A program made the position numbers and the translations under genes. 24,306 nt of DNA from positions 392-24,697 of the forward strand of contig PFHP01000034.1 in assembly GCA_002782365.1 (NCBI GenBank). Direction: 5' to 3'. The notes below the pieces were generated by a model that was given only the letters and a program-made list of their open reading frames with translations, had not been told where the DNA came from and ran no database searches. This DNA comes from Candidatus Kuenenbacteria bacterium CG_4_8_14_3_um_filter_39_15. Lineage in GTDB: Bacteria; Patescibacteriota; Patescibacteriia; UBA2196; GWA2-42-15. Below, in pieces: positions 7,784 through 15,990 of the stretch. Within the stretch, counting starts at the first letter, position 1. Each line of letters starts with the position of its first letter.

Positions 7784-9176
7784 TTAATTTTTGATATATT
7801 TTTAAATATTTTTTGGCGCTGGTTGCCCAAGAAAAATCTTTTTTCATAGAATTTTTAACCAATTTTAGCCATTTTCTTTGATTATGATAGACAGTTAGCG
7901 CCCGTTTAATAGTTTTAAACATTTCGGAAGAGTCATATTTTTTAAAACTCAAGCCGCTGTCTCTGCTAACTGTATCAACTAAGCCGCCGGTAGAACGGAC
8001 AATGGGAATAGCGCCGTATTTCATGGCAATAAGCTGGCCAAGCCCGCATGGTTCGTATTTTGAGGGCATTAAAAACATGTCGGCGCCGGCATAAATCTGG
8101 TGGGCCAGTTTCAGATCAAATTTTATGTGGGCGCTAAATCTATGTTTGTAGCGCTCATTCATTTGCCTAAAAAAATCCTCATATTCTTTGGCGCCGGTGC
8201 CAAGAATCACAAACTGCAGATTAAGCCGCATAATTTCCGCAAAGGCTTGTTTTAAAAGATCAAAACCTTTTTGCCCGGCAAGACGGGAAACCATGGCAAT
8301 CAGCGGCACATTCACAACGGTTTCAAAACCGCAGATTTTTTGCAGCTGGTTTTTATTTATATATTTGTTCCCGATATCTTCCAAACCGAATTTTTTTATA
8401 ATATCTTTGTCTTTTTTAGGATTCCAATCACTGACATTAAGACCATTCAATATGCCGCAAAGATCTTTTTTTCTTTTTTCCAGCGCGTCAGCCATATCAT
8501 AGCCGTATGCCGGAGTTAATATTTCTCGGGCGTAAGTCGGGCTGACGGTACTCACTAAATCGGCGTCTAAAATTGCCTGCCGCATCAGGTTGACACTGCC
8601 GTTTTTAATCTGATTAAAATCAGCTTCAGTAAAACCAAATTTTTCGAGTACACTTAGTTTGGTTCGTCCGGTGTAGCCAATATTGTGAATAGTAAAAACC
8701 GTTTTAGCGCCTAAGTATTTTTGTGATTTCTGTTTTTTGTATGTTTTTGTGACCAGTGCCGTTTGCCAGTCGTTGCAATGGATTATATCGGGCCGCCAGT
8801 TTAGAGAATTTTCGTCTAAAAGCTCTTTAATCAGCAGGGAAAAGGTGATAAATCTTGCGCGCTCTGATTGATCAAAAATATTTTTGGCTCGGAAAATAGG
8901 CTGGTCCAAAAAATACACGGGCACACGGGATCTTGGTAAATTTGACTGATAGATATTTAATTTATATTTTTTGATCTCGGGATAATCTTCTTTAATTTTA
9001 TAATAATATGGCATAATTACCCTGATATCCACACCTAATTCTTTCAACGCAACAGGTAAACTGCCGGCCACATCACCCAAACCGCCGAGCTTGTAAAACG
9101 GCGCGCATTCATAAGAGGCAAAAAGGATTTTTAGCTGTTTGTTTCTATGACGATTTTTTATTCTGAGAATTGGCAT
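7776..9176 (-). CDS. glgA: Glycogen/starch synthase (GT5), copy 1; start probably ATG 9176
   Basis: KILFASYECAPFYKLGGLGDV (KxGGL ADP-glucose motif), HCNDWQT, TIHNIGY, GILNG, SRLAGQKG, FLMPSKYEPCGLGQLIAMKYG, TGGLVDTV. Confidence 0.93.
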   Translation of the reverse strand: MPILRIKNRHRNKQLKILFASYECAPFYKLGGLGDVAGSLPVALKELGVDIRVIMPYYYKIKEDYPEIKKYKLNIYQSNLPRSRVPVYFLDQPIFRAKNIFDQSERARFITFSLLIKELLDENSLNWRPDIIHCNDWQTALVTKTYKKQKSQKYLGAKTVFTIHNIGYTGRTKLSVLEKFGFTEADFNQIKNGSVNLMRQAILDADLVSTVSPTYAREILTPAYGYDMADALEKRKKDLCGILNGLNVSDWNPKKDKDIIKKFGLEDIGNKYINKNQLQKICGFETVVNVPLIAMVSRLAGQKGFDLLKQAFAEIMRLNLQFVILGTGAKEYEDFFRQMNERYKHRFSAHIKFDLKLAHQIYAGADMFLMPSKYEPCGLGQLIAMKYGAIPIVRSTGGLVDTVSRDSGLSFKKYDSSEMFKTIKRALTVYHNQRKWLKLVKNSMKKDFSWATSAKKYLKIYQKLIK

Positions 9177-9186
9177 AAATACCAAA

Positions 9187-10236
9187 TTATTTATTAGGGA
9201 TTTTACTGGCCAGTTGGACAATTTTTTTTAGGAAAGCAAATTGATTTTGCCAGATTTTTTTCTTTCTTTGTTTGAATTTTCGTTTATATAGTTCACGCTT
9301 TTTAAAAACATTAAGAGCTTTCTTAAGTAAAACCACCGGCCTAAGCTCACTTGGGCTAATAACCAACTCTCTATGGTTGATAAACTTAGCAAAACTCCGG
9401 TTGCGAAGATCATAGGCAAGATTAATCTCTGGTGTGCCGGCACCAAAAGCCATAACACAGGAGTGCAACATCATGCCAATAATTAAATCAAATTTAGAAT
9501 AAACAAATTTTTGTTGTCTTGTTGGGAGATCAACTAGTTGCAGATTTTTAATCTTGAGTTCTTTTCTAATAATTGCTTCGCTGGGGTGATGGTTAAGATA
9601 ATAAATGCCGGCATTGTACTTTTTTTGGAAATAATTGGCAGTGTACTCATATGAATCCAATATCCTATCTTTATATTTGCCAAAACCCAACCAACCGGAA
9701 TAATTAATATTAAAACCAATTTTAATTTTTGGTTTTAGATTGACTTTATTGGTTTTCTTTTCTGATAAAAAAATAGCTGGATCACCAATTACTTTTATTT
9801 TTTTGTTAGCAACACCGACTTTTATTAAAAATTCCTTAGTGTAGTAATCACGAACGCCGATTAATTCGGCTTGTTGACACAAAAAACCAATAGTTTGTTT
9901 TTCCTTCACTTCCAATGCTCTAGCTCCTTCTTCTCGGATATAACCAACCCCAAAAATAACCATGGGTTTTTTAATAGCTTGGATTGTAACGATGTCATAA
10001 GGTAAAAACCAATGATAAAAAATACCACCACCACCGATAACAACTAGGTCGGCTTGATTGATTTTATTAAGCATGGCCGGTGATGCACCCTTTAACAGCT
10101 GGACTGGATAATCACGAATGGTGGCTTGTGGTATTTGTTTCTTTAAAAGCTCTTGGACTGCCTCAATAATAGCTCGATCACCCTTGTTTTTTTTGTCCCA
10201 AACATGAAGATGGGCAATAATTAACTTGGAAATCAT
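9187..10236 (-). CDS. Polysaccharide pyruvyltransferase family protein (WcaK/CsaB-like)
   Basis: NKGDRAI, DLVVIGGGGIF, GVGY, IGVRD, IGDPA, FDLIIGMMLHSCVMA...GTP..NLAYD. Confidence 0.8.
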   Translation of the reverse strand: MISKLIIAHLHVWDKKNKGDRAIIEAVQELLKKQIPQATIRDYPVQLLKGASPAMLNKINQADLVVIGGGGIFYHWFLPYDIVTIQAIKKPMVIFGVGYIREEGARALEVKEKQTIGFLCQQAELIGVRDYYTKEFLIKVGVANKKIKVIGDPAIFLSEKKTNKVNLKPKIKIGFNINYSGWLGFGKYKDRILDSYEYTANYFQKKYNAGIYYLNHHPSEAIIRKELKIKNLQLVDLPTRQQKFVYSKFDLIIGMMLHSCVMAFGAGTPEINLAYDLRNRSFAKFINHRELVISPSELRPVVLLKKALNVFKKRELYKRKFKQRKKKIWQNQFAFLKKIVQLASKIPNK

Positions 10237-10259
10237 AAGGGATATTAAACATTTAGCCT

Positions 10260-11285
10260 TTATTGTTTTATCTGCCGGTACAAATCCTCCGACTGCGTCA
10301 ACAGCCCTTCGGCAAAACGACGGTTAACCTGATCGTCAAAAATCATAAAATAAACGGCGCTCTTCAAGGCTGTCCATGATTTGTAGAGATTAATTTTATT
10401 CTGAATTTCCTGGGGGATTTTTTTGCAGTTGAAATATGTGGAGAGAAAGATATATTCAGTATTTGAATATTCTTCAGGAGTCAGATAATTTCGCGTCATA
10501 AATTCAAACTGCTGTAAAAAGGAAGCAATGTCATAATAAACTGGGGCCAGAGTTACTTCAGAAAAATCAATAATCACTAATTGGCGGTTATTAAAGGTGT
10601 TAATAATTACATTTTCTGGGTGAAAATCACCATGAGAAAAAACAGCTTGATCTTTGATAATTGTCTGATAAAGATTTTGAAGCTTGCTAAACTGTATTAG
10701 AACTTCATGAGCCAGGTTAGTGTCTTTATTATAAGCACGGTTAACCACATTAGTCGGATCTAGAAAGACGGGCGAAAATGCATGCTTTTTGAGTTTGATA
10801 TCTTTGGTCGGTTTAATATTGTGGAGTTTTAATAAACCGAGGGCAATTGTTTGAATAGTTGACAGATCAAAATAGCCGTTTTTGATATGTTCCAGCAAAT
10901 TTTCCCCGGGCACGCCGAGGTAGAAAGCGGCCATCAGTTCATCAGAATACCAAAGCGGCCTGGGAACGATAACGTCACCCTGATGGAAACCTTGCTCATA
11001 TACTAATTTCAGAACTTGGTACATTTTTCTGCGCGCCTGGCCGGAAAAACTGACACAAAAGATTCTGCAGCGCCGACGGACTCCTGTTTCTACTTTATAA
11101 GTTAAGTCATTTTGAATGACAAAATGAAAAAAGTTATCATCACAATGGCTCTTGATAAAATGGCAATTAAGGCGCAAGACTTTAACACCCCGCTGATCAA
11201 TCTCTTTAAGCCGTGCGTTAAAAAGGCCGATGAGATATGCTTGATTGCTAATTAAACTGGGAATTTGTCGTTCTTGTTCAGTCAT
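10260..11285 (-). CDS. APH/choline-kinase-fold phosphotransferase
   Basis: VIVPRPL, Brenner motif HGDFHPENVII, IIDFSE, YDIASF. Start overlaps the GH57 stop codon (ATGA-type coupling). Confidence 0.8.
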   Translation of the reverse strand: MTEQERQIPSLISNQAYLIGLFNARLKEIDQRGVKVLRLNCHFIKSHCDDNFFHFVIQNDLTYKVETGVRRRCRIFCVSFSGQARRKMYQVLKLVYEQGFHQGDVIVPRPLWYSDELMAAFYLGVPGENLLEHIKNGYFDLSTIQTIALGLLKLHNIKPTKDIKLKKHAFSPVFLDPTNVVNRAYNKDTNLAHEVLIQFSKLQNLYQTIIKDQAVFSHGDFHPENVIINTFNNRQLVIIDFSEVTLAPVYYDIASFLQQFEFMTRNYLTPEEYSNTEYIFLSTYFNCKKIPQEIQNKINLYKSWTALKSAVYFMIFDDQVNRRFAEGLLTQSEDLYRQIKQ

Positions 11286-12451
11286 TTGGTTTTTCTAAAT
11301 TTACCCCAATGTTTGGTCCAGATTGCTTGATGAATTGCCAGAAACATTTTTTCAGCCATGATTTTCTTTTGGGGATTAATTTTACTAAGTGAGCGGACGG
11401 AGCGCAGCAGCTCTAAAGCGCCTTTTTCAACTTCTTCAGGATTCCAGGCTGCATAATTAAATAATTTAAAATCCTTGTCAGAAGCCCACCAAAAAGTACA
11501 GCTGGCTAAGCCTTTTTCCAGATGAAGCCGCGAAGCGAAGTGATTGGGGTCGCGTTTTCCCTGGTAATTTAATTGTAAAGCAAAATTGGCCAATTGCCAA
11601 AGTTGTTTATGAATTTTGTTTTTGGAATGCTGCCAGAGACTATAAGGAACACGATGGGTTAATTCGGCTGGTGTTGATTCCCACGATGAAGGCATGACAT
11701 TGATTTTTTCCTCTTTTCTCTTCTGAGCCAAAAATTCCGTAATAGTGAGAGTTGTCAGGTTTTCGTTTTTTAAAATATTATCCAAAATATTTTCCTGATC
11801 TTTATATTTATGGCCATAAAGTTCACCGTCAGTAGCAGTAATTACTATCTCCGGGCGTTTTTCTTGTTTCAATATTTTTTCTATTTCCTCTGGCACAAAC
11901 GTCTTGGATAGTTTTCTGTTGCGGAAAACAACATTGAGACCGATATTCTTCAGCTTATACTTTTTAGTATAATCCAGACAGCCACTATTAATTTTACCAT
12001 CAAATGATATTTCGTCTAAAATAATCCAGCGAAAACCAGCGCGTTTAATCGCCCGGGCGGTTTCATCTCCATAGGCCATTTCGGGCAGAAAAAAACCTTG
12101 CGGCTGGTAGAGTTTGCCAAAATAACGTTGGTTGATATCATAATTAATCTGAATCTGGCGCTCAACTTCTTTAATGGGCAGCAGCGGCAAAAGCGGATGA
12201 AAAGCCGCACTGCCAGTCAGCTCAATTTGCCCGCGGGCGACCAAAAATTTAAGATCATCAATTAGTTTTGTATAACCAATCTGATTAAGATATTCCGTTA
12301 AACAGGCAGTGACGTTTAAAGTAATTTTATATTGAGGATTTCGTAACAAAACTCTGACAATATTAAAATAGGCCTCCTTACTAATCCGGATTAAAAGGTC
12401 TTTTTCTAAGGTAGGAGGTTGGTAGATGTGCAAAAAATTTAACCAAAGCAT
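11282..12451 (-). CDS. Glycoside hydrolase family 57 (alpha-glucan-active); start probably ATG 12451 MLWLNFLHIYQP
   Basis: LHIYQP (CSR1), IELTGSAAFHPLLPLL, GFFLPEMAY (nucleophile Glu), ATDGELYGH (acid/base Asp). Start lies 5 nt after the upstream glgA stop. Confidence 0.88.
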   Translation of the reverse strand: MLWLNFLHIYQPPTLEKDLLIRISKEAYFNIVRVLLRNPQYKITLNVTACLTEYLNQIGYTKLIDDLKFLVARGQIELTGSAAFHPLLPLLPIKEVERQIQINYDINQRYFGKLYQPQGFFLPEMAYGDETARAIKRAGFRWIILDEISFDGKINSGCLDYTKKYKLKNIGLNVVFRNRKLSKTFVPEEIEKILKQEKRPEIVITATDGELYGHKYKDQENILDNILKNENLTTLTITEFLAQKRKEEKINVMPSSWESTPAELTHRVPYSLWQHSKNKIHKQLWQLANFALQLNYQGKRDPNHFASRLHLEKGLASCTFWWASDKDFKLFNYAAWNPEEVEKGALELLRSVRSLSKINPQKKIMAEKMFLAIHQAIWTKHWGKFRKTK

Positions 12452-12455
12452 AAAA

Positions 12456-13940
12456 TCAGGTCTTTTTGTCTTTATAGACCGCAATTGCTTTTCTGAATAA
12501 TCTGACATAAAGCGCCGCCGGCAAATTCCAAGAAAAAGATATTTGCATGCCACGGATAATTAGCCGCCGCCAGATTTTTTTATTTTTGTAATATTCCAAA
12601 GCTCTGACGATAGCACCGTAAAGCGACAAGGGACTATAAGTCAAAAAAGTAAAGCCATTACCGTTCAAATTTTTAAAATCAAAATTGGTAATGGTATCTT
12701 TCAAACCGCCAATGGAACGAACAATTGGAATGCAACCATAACGCAAGGCTTTCATTTGATTAATGCCGCAAGGTTCTGAAGTGGAAGGCAGTAAAAACAT
12801 GTCACCGCCGGCATAAAGGCTGGTTTCATATTTCGGCCCGTCGCTGGCCCAGGAAACCCAGGCAAGCTTGGTAGGATAGCTTTTCATAATCTTTTTAATC
12901 TCACTGATGTAATTTTTATCGCCATCACCCATAATAATCATCTGGATATTCAGATGCAGCAGGATATCAAGCGCTTTTAAAATTAATTCAAATCCTTTCT
13001 GGTGGGTGATCCGTGATGACATGACAATCAGAGGAATTTCTTTATCTTGAGTCAGGCCATATCTTTTTTGGATAAATAATTTGTCTGTTTCACGCCGGCC
13101 AATTTGTCCGAATGAATAATTTTCCTTAAGGCCCGGGTCAGTTTGAGGATTATAGTCATCATGGTCAATGCCATTAATAATGCCGTATAGGCGATCCTGG
13201 CGGTTGCGCAGTAAAATGTGCAGCCCCTGGCCTTTTTCTTGTTCCAAAATCTCTTGGGCATAAGTTTCTGAAACGGTGTTAATAATATCGGCATTCAAAA
13301 TGGCGTGTTTGACAAAATTTATATTCTCCAGTTCTGGATCATTAAAAAACGGCAATTTTGACTTGCCATCATCTCTTTCTTCCGACGGCACTTCCCACCA
13401 GGCATGACCGAGCTGGAAGATCAGGTTATGAATGGTAAAGACGGTGGCAGCCCTGGAAAGGATTGACGAATCTTTAAAATCACGATTAATGAAATAGGGA
13501 ATCAGGCCGGTATGCCAATCATGACATTGAATAATGTCAACGGGGAATTTTAGTCTGGTCAGCAGTTTTAAAGCGGCCAAATCAAACAGTAAAAACCTGG
13601 CGTTTTCATGGCTGGAGCCGTATATTTCTTTGCGCCGCGAAAAATATTTTTCATTTTCTATAAAATAGATAGACACGCCCTTAGTCAGCTCGCCCAACCA
13701 GTAATTGACGTCCAGGCTATTTTTATCATCAATTTTAACTTTTATTTTTTCTTGATACAATTTCAAATGATATTTTTTCTTATCAATTATTTTGCCATAA
13801 AGTGGCGTAATGCAAATTATTTTATGGCTTAAACGGTTTAAAGCGCGCGGCAAAGAACCGGCGACATCGGCCAGCCCGCCAGTTTTAGAAAACGGAGCAA
13901 TTTCTGAAGAGATGGAGACGATATTTAAATTTTTTGCCAT
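12456..13940 (-). CDS. glgA: Glycogen/starch synthase (GT5), copy 2
   Basis: SEIAPFSKTGGLADV, CHDWHT, FTIHNL, GIINGID, SRITHQKG, FLLPSTSEPCGINQMKALRYG, GGLKDTI. Confidence 0.93.
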   Translation of the reverse strand: MAKNLNIVSISSEIAPFSKTGGLADVAGSLPRALNRLSHKIICITPLYGKIIDKKKYHLKLYQEKIKVKIDDKNSLDVNYWLGELTKGVSIYFIENEKYFSRRKEIYGSSHENARFLLFDLAALKLLTRLKFPVDIIQCHDWHTGLIPYFINRDFKDSSILSRAATVFTIHNLIFQLGHAWWEVPSEERDDGKSKLPFFNDPELENINFVKHAILNADIINTVSETYAQEILEQEKGQGLHILLRNRQDRLYGIINGIDHDDYNPQTDPGLKENYSFGQIGRRETDKLFIQKRYGLTQDKEIPLIVMSSRITHQKGFELILKALDILLHLNIQMIIMGDGDKNYISEIKKIMKSYPTKLAWVSWASDGPKYETSLYAGGDMFLLPSTSEPCGINQMKALRYGCIPIVRSIGGLKDTITNFDFKNLNGNGFTFLTYSPLSLYGAIVRALEYYKNKKIWRRLIIRGMQISFSWNLPAALYVRLFRKAIAVYKDKKT

Positions 13941-13943
13941 AGA

Positions 13944-14411
13944 TTATTGACTATGCGCACAAGTAATGGCCACGGCCAGAGCATCGGCTGCATCGTCGGG
14001 TTTGATGGTTTCACTTAAGTTTAAAATCACTTTAACCATCTGCTGGATTTGATTTTTATCCGCCCGGCCATAACCAGTGAGCGCTTGTTTAATCTGCAGT
14101 GGGGTGTATTCATAAACGGGTAATTTACTTTGCATGGCAGTAGCCAGGATTACTCCGCGGGCTTCGCCGACCTTCAAAGCAGTTTTGACATTCTTACAAA
14201 AAAACAACTCCTCAACCGCCAGGATATCCGGCTTATATTTCTCTATAATTTTTTTAAGCCCTCGGGCAATCGTGGCTAACCTTTCTGGATGCTTATTTTT
14301 TGGGCTAGTCAAGATACACCCCGAAGCAATTAACTGTAAGGTTTTATTTTTATCTTCTAAAATTCCATAGCCGACGATTGCCACGCCAGGATCAATGCCG
14401 AGAATTTTCAT
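13944..14411 (-). CDS. ruvC: Holliday junction resolvase RuvC
   Basis: MKILGIDPG, AVEELFF..NVKTALKVGEARG, YEYTPLQIKQALTGYGRADKNQIQQMV, PDDAADALAVA. Confidence 0.97.
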   Translation of the reverse strand: MKILGIDPGVAIVGYGILEDKNKTLQLIASGCILTSPKNKHPERLATIARGLKKIIEKYKPDILAVEELFFCKNVKTALKVGEARGVILATAMQSKLPVYEYTPLQIKQALTGYGRADKNQIQQMVKVILNLSETIKPDDAADALAVAITCAHSQ

Positions 14412-14419
14412 ACACAAAT

Positions 14420-14543
14420 GAATTTACCCTGAGGAGCTTGCGACGAGGGGGGTCCTGTTGTAAGTAGCTCGGAGTATTAATAAATAGTATTACTGTTTTT
14501 CACGGGATTCTTCAGCCGCTCCGTGCGGCTTCAGAATAAATTC
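14420..14543. repeat. ~124-bp composite palindromic element between yebC and ruvC
   Basis: Termini GAATTTACCCTGA / TCAGAATAAATTC are imperfect inverted repeats. Inner arms GAGGGGGGTCCTG / CACGGGATTCTTC can pair. Sub-hairpin AGCCGC-tccgt-GCGGCT at 14514-14530. Confidence 0.65.
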
Positions 14544-14552
14544 TTTTTTTCC

Positions 14553-15308
14553 TTACGCTAAATTAGTGTAATAATCGCTCACCTCATCAAGTTCATCAAG
14601 GCTGCCTAAAATTTTGGCCACCTTGGCCAATGTCTCATTATCAATGTCCTTGGGGTCTTTAGCGACCATCTCAAGACCAGCCGAATTTATTTTAACTCCT
14701 GAATTTTCTAATTTTTCTTTAACTGCTTTTAGTTCTTCGGGTCTGGTGTAAATAGTAAAGCCGTCTTCATCTTTAATATAATCCTCTGCTCCAGAGTCAA
14801 TAATTTTCATTTCTAAATCTCCCTGTTCCCTGTCTGCCCCGCCTTGTTTGACGAGGCCGGGGTTAATTGTTCCCTGTACATTGATTCTTATTACTCCTTT
14901 ATTCTCAAATTGCCAAGAGACACTATGCAGATCAACAAACTGGCCGCCATTTTTAGTGATGGCAGTTTTAATATCAGCCAGCGCCCTGTTTTTATTATCC
15001 GACAGGCATTTAATAATGACAGCAACTTGGCCGGGTAACAGTGCTCCATAAGTTAGATCTTCAATCACCGCTCCTTTTAATTCACCCGTGCCACGTTTGA
15101 TGGCGCGCTCAATATTATCTTTGGGCATATTGACAGCCTTAGCGCGCTCAATGGCTAGACGTAACTTAAAATTAGCCTCGGGGTCTGTCCCGCCCTCTTT
15201 AACAGCCACGGTGATGGTATTGCCAAGTTTAGTAAAAATATTGCCGCGCTGGGCATCTTTTGATTCTTTAGTTCTTTTAATGGTGGCCCATTTAGAATGT
15301 CCGGACAT
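14553..15308 (-). CDS. yebC: YebC/PmpR family regulator; start ATG 15308 MSGHSKW
   Basis: MSGHSKWATIKRTK...D..RGNIFTKL, GGTDPEANFKLRLAI..AKAVNMPKDNIERAIKRG, DNKNR, FENKG, GAED. Confidence 0.95.
   Translation of the reverse strand: MSGHSKWATIKRTKESKDAQRGNIFTKLGNTITVAVKEGGTDPEANFKLRLAIERAKAVNMPKDNIERAIKRGTGELKGAVIEDLTYGALLPGQVAVIIKCLSDNKNRALADIKTAITKNGGQFVDLHSVSWQFENKGVIRINVQGTINPGLVKQGGADREQGDLEMKIIDSGAEDYIKDEDGFTIYTRPEELKAVKEKLENSGVKINSAGLEMVAKDPKDIDNETLAKVAKILGSLDELDEVSDYYTNLA
14820..14877 (-). repeat. In-frame 7-mer tandem repeat plus palindrome module inside yebC
   Basis: On the + strand: TCCCTGT x2 (14820-14833), hairpin CCCCGCCTTGT-ttg-ACGAGGCCGGGG (14837-14862), TAATTGT, TCCCTGT (14871-14877). 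Encodes QGTINPGLVKQGGADREQG. Confidence 0.88.
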
Positions 15309-15370
15309 AGTTTGGTGGTTAAATAATGACCTGCACCTTTTATTAATAAAATTAATATTGCTTACAATTA

Positions 15371-15399
15371 AGCCTATCATTTTGAAGCTAAAAAATCAA
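15371..15399 (-). promoter_or_regulatory. Sigma70-type promoter for the yebC operon
   Basis: Minus strand TTGATT-N17-TAGGCT with extended TG, about 60 nt upstream of ATG 15308. Confidence 0.5.
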
Positions 15400-15415
15400 G
15401 GGTATGCCGTAGCAG

Positions 15416-15444
15416 TTGACACTATTTGAGAAATGATATAAAGT
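15416..15444 (+). promoter_or_regulatory. Sigma70-type promoter for rplS (divergent from the yebC promoter)
   Basis: TTGACA(15416-15421)-N17-TAAAGT(15439-15444). Confidence 0.5.
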
Positions 15445-15473
15445 GTATGATAATTAGTATTTAACTTAATTAT

Positions 15474-15830
15474 ATGGTCAGCGAAGAAAAAAAAGATGAT
15501 AAAAAAATACCTGAACTACGTTCTGGTATGACTGTCCGGGTATATGAAAAAATAAAAGATATTGACCCAAAAGGCAAAGAAAGAACTAGGGTGCAAGTTT
15601 TTGAGGGAATGATTTTAGCAGTAAAAAAGCCAAAAACTCCAGCTGGCACAATTTTGGTTCGCAAAATTTCTCACAATAATGTCGGGGTGGAAAAAATTTT
15701 TCCTCTACAATCGCCATTGGTTGATAAAATAGAAATAATGAAAGAAATAAAAACCAGAAGAGCCAAATTATATTTTTTGCCAACTTATAAAAAGAGGCTG
15801 AAATTAAAAGGGAAGAAAAATAATAAATAA
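15474..15830 (+). CDS. rplS: 50S ribosomal protein L19
   Basis: PELRSGMTVRVYEKI...KERTRVQVFEG...T.LVRKIS..GVEKIFP..SP.V.KIE......RRAKLYFL. Confidence 0.96.
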   Translation: MVSEEKKDDKKIPELRSGMTVRVYEKIKDIDPKGKERTRVQVFEGMILAVKKPKTPAGTILVRKISHNNVGVEKIFPLQSPLVDKIEIMKEIKTRRAKLYFLPTYKKRLKLKGKKNNK

Positions 15831-15853
15831 TTGAATTTTTTTTAAATTATTGT

Positions 15854-15889
15854 ATAATAAAAGTGATCTTGGTAGATCACTTTTATTAT
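15854..15889. terminator. 16-bp perfect inverted repeat after rplS (terminator-like; overlaps the tRNA promoter -10)
   Basis: ATAATAAAAGTGATCT-tggt-AGATCACTTTTATTAT. Confidence 0.65.
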
Positions 15890-15896
15890 TATTTAG

Positions 15897-15978
15897 GCGG
15901 ATGTGGAGAAATTGGTAAACTCGCAGCCTTGAGGTGGCTGTGCCTTCGGGCTTGGGGGTTCAACTCCCCCCATCCGCA
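15897..15978 (+). tRNA. tRNA-Leu(GAG), type II, CCA not encoded
   Basis: Acceptor GCGGATG/CATCCGC, D-loop AATTGGTAA, anticodon stem CAGCC/GGCTG with loop TTGAGGT, long variable arm GCC-TTCG-GGC, T arm GGGGG-TTCAACT-CCCCC, discriminator A. Confidence 0.95.
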
Positions 15979-15990
15979 TTTGTTTACTTA

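Noticed and set aside
10260-11285. Calling the kinase a maltokinase or an aminoglycoside resistance gene
   Set aside because: It lacks maltokinase-specific motifs, and nothing beyond the shared fold supports antibiotic resistance.
12452-12553. Extended N-terminus of GH57 (and extended starts of glgA 9221, yebC 15380, ruvC 14417)
   Set aside because: The extensions overlap upstream genes or promoters; family homology starts at the downstream ATGs.
12560-12580. GC-rich TAGCCGCCGCCAGA as another palindromic insert
   Set aside because: Not self-complementary; it encodes an ordinary WRRL in the GlgA C-terminal helix.
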